The position numbers and the translations under genes are program-made. 64,000 nt of DNA from the IMG/VR virus record IMGVR_UViG_3300029314_000002, positions 5,460 through 69,459 of that record; one strand, written 5' to 3'. The stretch comes from a virus. The notes under the pieces are model-generated. The model searched no databases. It was not told the DNA's origin and saw nothing but the letters and a program-made list of their open reading frames with translations. Below are positions 58,436-64,000 of this stretch, piece after piece. The stretch's first letter is position 1, and every line of letters begins with the position of its first letter.

Positions 58436-59152
58436 GTGGCGGATCGAACCGACGGGAAGTACAGGACGGTGCTGCGAATCTATCAGCAGCACGGCGGGGA
58501 TAGCAGGACGGACACGGGGCGGACGGCTTACGGGACGTTCGGGGAGCCGCTGAACTCTCCGCCATACGCTGAGCGAACGGTGCAGGTGCTGGCGCTGCAT
58601 GGGCTGGTCGGCGGTGGGAGCCTGGAGACGGACATCTGGCTGTCGTTGAACACCCCGGGAACGGTGTCGGCGGTCAGCCAGAACAACAGTTACCAGAACC
58701 ACACGCACGCGGTGGAAGCAAGTAGCAACCCAGGCGATGCGGAGGCGCTGCTAAAGACTGATGAGAGCGGGCATCTGCGACTGAGCCGGCTGTATGTGCA
58801 GCACGGTGGGGCCAATGCGCAACTGCGGCTGCAGGCGGAGGCGCCGTATGAGGTGAGCCTGTGGGCCAGGAGCGGGGACGACACGGCATGGAAAGACCTG
58901 GGGGTCTATGCCAACCAGTTCATCGTGAACATTGGGTCAGGGGGCGGTGCGGATTGCAAGATGAAGATTGGGCCGCTACGCACGGAGATCAAGACAGGAT
59001 GGATGAGCTGGCATGTGGGGACGGCGGCGCCGGCGGGTGGGGACCTGGGGAACGGAGAGATGGCGGTGTGGATGGACGAGGGGGCCGGCAGGTTTGTGCT
59101 GGTGGGGAAGGATAGCGGAGGGACGGTACGCAGCGCCGTGGTGGCGTGGTAG
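58436..59152 (+). CDS. Tail fibre-like protein sharing a C-terminal module with 59992..62121
   Basis: EMAVWMDEGAGRFVLVGKDSGGTVRS vs VVAWVDEGASKLMFKVKNSAGVVKS. Confidence 0.6.
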   Translation: MADRTDGKYRTVLRIYQQHGGDSRTDTGRTAYGTFGEPLNSPPYAERTVQVLALHGLVGGGSLETDIWLSLNTPGTVSAVSQNNSYQNHTHAVEASSNPGDAEALLKTDESGHLRLSRLYVQHGGANAQLRLQAEAPYEVSLWARSGDDTAWKDLGVYANQFIVNIGSGGGADCKMKIGPLRTEIKTGWMSWHVGTAAPAGGDLGNGEMAVWMDEGAGRFVLVGKDSGGTVRSAVVAW

Positions 59153-59185
59153 CGACAGACAACTCAACAGATAGGGGACTGAACG

Positions 59186-59659
59186 ATGACAAAGACGAAT
59201 TTTGATGATCTGGACGTTGCGGCAGGGAGTATTACGGCGGTTGAAATTGGCAGCGGGAATGCTCCTGCGGGCCAGGTGCTGACGGCGGATGGGGCGGGCG
59301 GCGCAGCGTGGGATGGGCCAGGATATTTGGAGTATGTGGCCCTGTTGACGCAGAGCGGCACAAGCGCACCAGTGGCGACAGTGCTGAAAAACACGCTGGG
59401 CGGAACGGTGGTGTGGTCATATGTCTCCCAAGGGAACTATATGGCAACGCTCACGGGCGCCTTTCCTGAAACAAAGACGTGGGTTCAAGCAACCCTGTCT
59501 TTCACAGGACAGGGGAATGGCGGCTTAGTTGAAGTGGTGTGGAATGATGTTAATAGCCTTGCGGTAGCCACCAAAACAGTCGATTTGGTCAACGGCGAAA
59601 TTGCTTTTTTGGATTATATGATGGCTAAGACGCCAGTCGAAATTCGAGTCTACCCATAA
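59186..59659 (+). CDS. Receptor-binding/fibre-tip-like protein
   Basis: AGSITAVEIGSGNAPAGQVLTADGAGGAAW; 3' part visibly lower in GC. Confidence 0.6.
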   Translation: MTKTNFDDLDVAAGSITAVEIGSGNAPAGQVLTADGAGGAAWDGPGYLEYVALLTQSGTSAPVATVLKNTLGGTVVWSYVSQGNYMATLTGAFPETKTWVQATLSFTGQGNGGLVEVVWNDVNSLAVATKTVDLVNGEIAFLDYMMAKTPVEIRVYP

Positions 59660-59867
59660 GCCGCGTGCTAAGAGGGGATTAGGGCGCAGCGTTGGTACGT
59701 TGCTGTCGGCCATTCCGTGCAGCCGATCGGGGAGAGGCAGGGGTTTATAGATTCCTGTTAGGTCGCAGGTGCGGCCACAGGCATCGGCGTGGCCTGGGAT
59801 TCTGGGCAAACACGCGGATAAATATGCAGGGCAAGAGGTTTGGTAGGGGCGCGGGGTCGGGGGGAGT

Positions 59868-59945
59868 GGGTGGACGAGGTGGACGCAGTGGACGGCCCCC
59901 TGGCCCCCAAGTATGGGGGAAGCGGGTGGACGAGGTGGACGGCGG
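59868..59945 (+). repeat. GTGGACG-family short arrays
   Basis: gggtggacgaggtggacgcagtggacgg ... gcgggtggacgaggtggacgg. Confidence 0.8.
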
Positions 59946-59991
59946 CGGCGTTGGTACGCTGGTACGTTGCGCCATGTAGGAGAGGGACAAT

Positions 59992-62121
59992 ATGACTGTT
60001 GCATTGCCGGCGGTGGTGGACGTGGAGTTCTACCGGGGAGACGGTGGGGCGCCGAATGCGGAGGTTGACTTCGGGCACGATTTCACTTGGGGGAATGTGA
60101 CCGAGGCGAAGTTCTATGTGCGCAAGGCGCCGGGCGGTGATCTGCTGGTGGCGATTGCGAAGACGTTGCATCCTAGTCGGTGGGTGGACAACGGGGATGG
60201 GACGGCGTATGTGCGCCTGATGGCTTCGGATACCGATGGGAAGCCGGACGGGCTGTGGTGGTATGACATTGAGCTGACGAGCAGCCAGCGCACGCAGACG
60301 GTGCAGCGCGGGCGGTTTCACCTGTTGGGTGATATTGCGGGCAACACGGGGAGCATAATCACGCTGCCGGGGCAGTATGCGGTGCCCGGGTATGTCTACG
60401 ACGCCCTGGTCAATGCGCAGAGTCCGAGTTTCGGCAATGTGTTCGTCACGCAGTCTGCACTGACCGCCCAGTTGGCGCCACTACTCGCCGGCGGCACCTA
60501 CTTCGGACAGAACGTGTGGCCTGAAGTCAGGGTGGCGACGACCGGCAACATTACGCTGTCTGGATTGCAGACGGTTGACGGGATCAGCCTGGGAGGCGGA
60601 GACCGGGTGCTGGTGAAAAATCAGACCACCGGATCGGCCAATGGCATCTATGTCGCGGCCAGCGGTGCGTGGAACCGGGCAAGCGATGCGGACGAGGCCG
60701 GGGAATTCATCGCCGGCAAGTATGTCTTCGTCCAGGCGGGCACGGCGAACGCCAACAAGGGTTTCGTGCTGGGCAACACTGGCGCGATCAACCTGGGCAG
60801 CACGGCGCTGACGTTCGCGCAGTTCAACGGAGGAACGGGTGGGTCGCAGCAGTTCTCGAACCTGGCCGTTGGCACGGTGGGTGCAGCGAGCGCCATCCGG
60901 CTGCTGATCAACACGCCACTGGATCGCACAGTGGCGGGCATCAAGGTGCGTGGCGGAGGGGCCAGCGGGGATGGGTTTGGCTATGCGGCGGGCAATCAAA
61001 ACGCTCTGTCGGTGACGCACGAGAACCATGATCCGCCAGGCGGAACGGGCCTCTACGATGGGGCTTCGTTCTACACGAGCTACTGGGGCAACCTGAGCAA
61101 CGCCGCCGGCACACTGGAGGGGGTCCAGATCGTGACCGCCCTGCATGGGGTGACCCATGCGCCGACGCAGCACATCCACGGGATGGAAGTGGCGGCGGGG
61201 CCTGGCGGCGGCGGGATGAGTGGGATTGTGTGGCCGGCGATCACGGGCATCTACGGTGATGTCAACAGCCCGGATGCGAACTGCGGGACGATCACGACCG
61301 CCGCCGCCATCAAGGCGGTGTTCCCCAGTATGACCAACGCCGGCGGGAATGCCATCGGCACGGCCATCGGGATCTACTCGTCGGCCGCTCAGTCGGTAAC
61401 GCCGTCCGTGGCGCCGACCTACGCTTACGGGTTGTACGTGGACGAGCCGGCCGTGGGTGCGAACCGATGGGCGGCGATGTTCACGGGGAAGGTGGAGATC
61501 AAAAAGCCTGGGTACGCCGGCATCAAGCTGATTCCGCAGGCGAGCTACTTCTCCTGGCAGGCCCGGGCGGACGGCGATGGCGCGTTCGAGGTGATGTCGG
61601 TCCTGGCCGAGGAGCTGGTGATCGAGACGGGACTGGCGACGACGGTCGAGCGAGTGCGTATCAACAACGCCGGCCTGAAGCTGTCTTACGATGGCAGCAA
61701 CTACATGCAGATGGCGGTGAGCAGCGCCGGCCATCTGACGATGACGACCACGGGTACGAATGTGGTTTTCGATCATGCGACTAACGCGCAGTTCCAGGTG
61801 AAGCTGGCTGATCCGGCGTACCTGGTGCTGGCGGCGCGGACGACGAACGATGGGGCGTATGTGGATACGATCTATCGCGCCAGCGCTTTTGTGGTGGAGT
61901 TGGGGACGGGCGGGGCGACGACGGAGAGGTTCCGGGTCGCCGATACTTATGCGAACCTGACGACCAGGTTGCAGTATGCGGTGCCGGCCTCGGCGCCGGC
62001 GGATGTGGTGCTGGGGAACGGGCAGGTGGTGGCGTGGGTGGATGAGGGGGCGAGTAAGCTGATGTTCAAGGTGAAGAATTCGGCCGGCGTGGTGAAGTCG
62101 GGCGAGGTGGGGTTGGTGTGA
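59992..62121 (+). CDS. Tail fibre/tailspike protein
   Basis: 709 aa, G/A/T-rich beta-type repeats. Confidence 0.8.
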   Translation: MTVALPAVVDVEFYRGDGGAPNAEVDFGHDFTWGNVTEAKFYVRKAPGGDLLVAIAKTLHPSRWVDNGDGTAYVRLMASDTDGKPDGLWWYDIELTSSQRTQTVQRGRFHLLGDIAGNTGSIITLPGQYAVPGYVYDALVNAQSPSFGNVFVTQSALTAQLAPLLAGGTYFGQNVWPEVRVATTGNITLSGLQTVDGISLGGGDRVLVKNQTTGSANGIYVAASGAWNRASDADEAGEFIAGKYVFVQAGTANANKGFVLGNTGAINLGSTALTFAQFNGGTGGSQQFSNLAVGTVGAASAIRLLINTPLDRTVAGIKVRGGGASGDGFGYAAGNQNALSVTHENHDPPGGTGLYDGASFYTSYWGNLSNAAGTLEGVQIVTALHGVTHAPTQHIHGMEVAAGPGGGGMSGIVWPAITGIYGDVNSPDANCGTITTAAAIKAVFPSMTNAGGNAIGTAIGIYSSAAQSVTPSVAPTYAYGLYVDEPAVGANRWAAMFTGKVEIKKPGYAGIKLIPQASYFSWQARADGDGAFEVMSVLAEELVIETGLATTVERVRINNAGLKLSYDGSNYMQMAVSSAGHLTMTTTGTNVVFDHATNAQFQVKLADPAYLVLAARTTNDGAYVDTIYRASAFVVELGTGGATTERFRVADTYANLTTRLQYAVPASAPADVVLGNGQVVAWVDEGASKLMFKVKNSAGVVKSGEVGLV

Positions 62122-62130
62122 GAGAGGGGA

Positions 62131-62365
62131 TTGGAGACCGGAGATTGGAGATTGGGGATTAGGGGGGGGGACGAGGACGGACACGGACGGACACCTGGGC
62201 ACCAAGTACGGGGGAAGGGTGGACGAGGTGGACGAGGAGTGGACGGGGAGTGGACACGGACGAGCACGGACGAGCACGGACGGACATGGACGAGGAGTGG
62301 ACGGGGAAGGGGTTGGTGAGGGGGTTGGTGCTGGTGCTGGTGCTGGTGCTGGTGGTGGTGCTGGG
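62131..62365 (+). repeat. Composite microsatellite block: GGAGAYY, GGACGRR/GTGGACG, GGTGCT hexamers
   Basis: Read directly; the last part encodes the LVLVLV signal-peptide core of the next gene. Confidence 0.85.
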
Positions 62366-63281
62366 TGGGTGTGCGGCGCCGATGCCTGTGCCGCGGCGGG
62401 TGGGGGTGCGGGAGGTGGTTTACCTGCCGGTGGCGCCGGTGGGGGGGTATCGGTGGGCGGCGAGGGGGTTTGGACATCCGCCGGAGGCGTGGGCGGTGAG
62501 CCATGAGGAGCTGATCGGGGAGCGGCCGACGTGGTTTCATGATTGGTGGTGGGACTGTGGGCGGTGGGCGCTGGATGGGGCGGTGTATGTGCCGAGTGTG
62601 GCGCGGGCGTGGTACCCGGAGGTGTTGCGGTGTGATGACGGGCGGCCGTTGTTGGTTTTGAATGAGCCGGAGGACCCGAACCAGGCGAATTTGTCGCCGA
62701 CGCGGGCGGCTGAGTTGTTGCACACGGCCTCGCTGGCGTGGCGGCGTGGGGAGGTTTGGTGCTGCGGGACGCAGGTGCAGCACTTGGGGTACGCGCAGCA
62801 GTTGCTGGCGGCGTACCGGGCGGCGTATGGGGAGGAGTGGCCGGCGGCGGGATGGCATGTGCATGTGTACAGTCAACGCGCGGGCAGGACGTACAATGCG
62901 ACGGCGGTCACGGATGTGATGGAGGGGTTGGCGGCGCTGGACGCGTTTGTGGCGTGGGCGGCAGGCGAGGGGGTTCTGGGGCGGGGTGTGGTCATCAGCG
63001 AATATGGGGTGCTGAGCGGGCGGGTTGTGGAGCCGGTGCTGATGGAGACGTTCGAGAGGGAATTGGATGCCAGGCCGGTGGTGCGCAGCCGGGCGTGGTT
63101 TAGTGTGAGGTACGCGCCGTGGACGGCGTCGGATTTGGTTGAGGAGGACGGGAGGCTGACGGCGTTGGGGAGGATGTGGGAGGGGAGCGGAGAGCGGAGA
63201 TTGGAGACCGGAGATTGGAGAGCGGAGATTGGAGACCGGAGATTAGAGACCGGAGACCGGAGATTAGAGACCGGAGATTAG
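62286..63281 (+). CDS. Lipoprotein glycoside hydrolase (Glyco_hydro_cc-like), lysis or depolymerase candidate
   Basis: LVVVLGGC lipobox; LLVLNEPEDPNQANLSP...; C-terminus is translated GGAGAYY repeats. Confidence 0.65.
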   Translation: MDEEWTGKGLVRGLVLVLVLVLVVVLGGCAAPMPVPRRVGVREVVYLPVAPVGGYRWAARGFGHPPEAWAVSHEELIGERPTWFHDWWWDCGRWALDGAVYVPSVARAWYPEVLRCDDGRPLLVLNEPEDPNQANLSPTRAAELLHTASLAWRRGEVWCCGTQVQHLGYAQQLLAAYRAAYGEEWPAAGWHVHVYSQRAGRTYNATAVTDVMEGLAALDAFVAWAAGEGVLGRGVVISEYGVLSGRVVEPVLMETFERELDARPVVRSRAWFSVRYAPWTASDLVEEDGRLTALGRMWEGSGERRLETGDWRAEIGDRRLETGDRRLETGD

Positions 63282-63352
63282 AGACCGGAGACCGGAGATT
63301 AGAGAGCGGAGACCGGAGATCGGAGATCGGAGATTAGAGAGCGGAGATCGGA
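63186..63352 (+). repeat. Heptamer array GGAGAYY/AGAGACC, about 23 units
   Basis: Runs from the end of the hydrolase ORF to 14 nt before ATG 63366. Confidence 0.9.
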
Positions 63353-63365
63353 GTGAGGAGGGGGT

Positions 63366-63575
63366 ATGGTGCCGTTGGCGATAACGATTGTGGTTGACCG
63401 GGCGACGGGTAGTCTGGGGATGGTGAGTACGGTGGGGGCGAACGGGGATGTGGCTGGCGATCTGGATACGGTTCTGATGGTGTTACCGCAGGTGCAGGCG
63501 TCGTTGATGCAGAATCGGCTGCGGGCGGAGCGGGAACTGGTGCAGGCCGGCGCGGGTGATAAGGTTGGGGAGTAG
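63366..63575 (+). CDS. Small hypothetical protein
   Basis: 69-aa ORF, GAGGAGGGGG RBS. Confidence 0.4.
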   Translation: MVPLAITIVVDRATGSLGMVSTVGANGDVAGDLDTVLMVLPQVQASLMQNRLRAERELVQAGAGDKVGE

Positions 63576-63582
63576 GCGGCGG

Positions 63583-63765
63583 GGTGGACGCGAGGTGGAC
63601 GAGGAGTGGACGGGGTGGACAGGGAGTGGACAGGGTGTGGACGGGGTGGACAGGGAGTGGACAAGATGGACAGGATGGACAGGATGGACAGGATGGACAG
63701 GATGGACAAGATGGACAGGATGGACAGGATGGACAGGATGGACAGGATGGACAGGATGGACAGGG
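63583..63765 (+). repeat. GTGGACR units grading into about 12 copies of nonamer GGATGGACA
   Basis: Read directly. Confidence 0.9.
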
Positions 63766-63822
63766 TTTTTGCTCTGTGATGGACGGAATTAGCGGTGCGG
63801 AGGATGGAAGAGGATGGGGGCG

Positions 63823-64000
63823 ATGGATGAGGGGTTGAGTTTGAGGCTGCCGTTTGTGGGGGTGGAGGGGTTGAGTGTGTCGCAGTTTTTTGGGTCGCGG
63901 CCGGCGGCGTATAAGGCCTATGGGCTGGCGGGGCACGAGGGGATTGATTATGCCTGCGCGGTGGGAACGACGGTGGTGGCGGCGGCGGAGGGGGTGGTGT
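63823..64000 (+). CDS. M23/LytM-family peptidase, 5' part (runs off right edge)
   Basis: Manual translation MDEGLSLRLPFVGV...YGLAGHEGIDYACAVGTTVVAAAEGVV (HxGxD motif). Confidence 0.65.
   Translation, partial: MDEGLSLRLPFVGVEGLSVSQFFGSRPAAYKAYGLAGHEGIDYACAVGTTVVAAAEGVV

Overview
High-GC (by eye) 64-kb window made up almost entirely of mobile DNA. It is best read as a temperate, siphovirus-like phage with a lambda-type head module, and possibly a phage-plasmid. Layout: (i) 1-19435 is a leftward early/maintenance arm, tightly packed with many ATGA start/stop overlaps. It carries a MoxR-like AAA+/vWA pair, a Csx15-like protein plus RHH, a tyrosine recombinase, a Lar/HNH/GNAT-like cluster, ParA with an RHH partner and centromere-like iterons, an FtsK/SpoIIIE translocase, small membrane proteins, a PD-(D/E)xK nuclease, a ParB-fused DNA methyltransferase, an excisionase-type HTH protein and a replication initiator with an internal iteron array. 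(ii) 19436-23074 holds the lysogeny switch (divergent consensus promoters, an apparently leaderless XRE repressor), a degenerate recombinase, a lipoprotein, a 47-nt tRNA-Pro(CGG) 3' fragment (att core) with its own terminator, and an intact integrase. (iii) 23114-33345 is a leftward accessory arm: RecA-fold ATPase, HAD phosphatase, SWIM protein, then an island of RadC/JAB, an MgsA_C-only protein, ParB-like protein, amidoligase and class-I GATase. Genes in the island are separated by a repeated promoter/leader cassette and a twice-repeated ~270-nt non-coding element. (iv) 33496-64000 is the rightward arm. It starts with a ParB-like + glycosyltransferase-like + NDP-sugar dehydrogenase module, followed by terminase (GpA type), portal, a second DNA methyltransferase, prohead protease-scaffold, decoration and major capsid proteins, neck, tail tube, G/GT chaperone with a CCCTTTC -1 slippery site, tape measure, tail/fibre proteins and lysis enzymes (glycoside hydrolase lipoprotein, partial M23 peptidase at the window edge). 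Three families of heptamer/nonamer microsatellite arrays fill intergenic gaps of the late region. I found no rRNA, complete tRNA, CRISPR array, transposase or reverse transcriptase. The host is possibly Chloroflexota-like, judged only from protein style, with low confidence. All functional calls come from motifs read by eye and from family knowledge recalled from memory; no database search was run. CDS ends come from the ORF track and internal starts were computed by residue counting. Small motif coordinates may be off by 1-2 nt.
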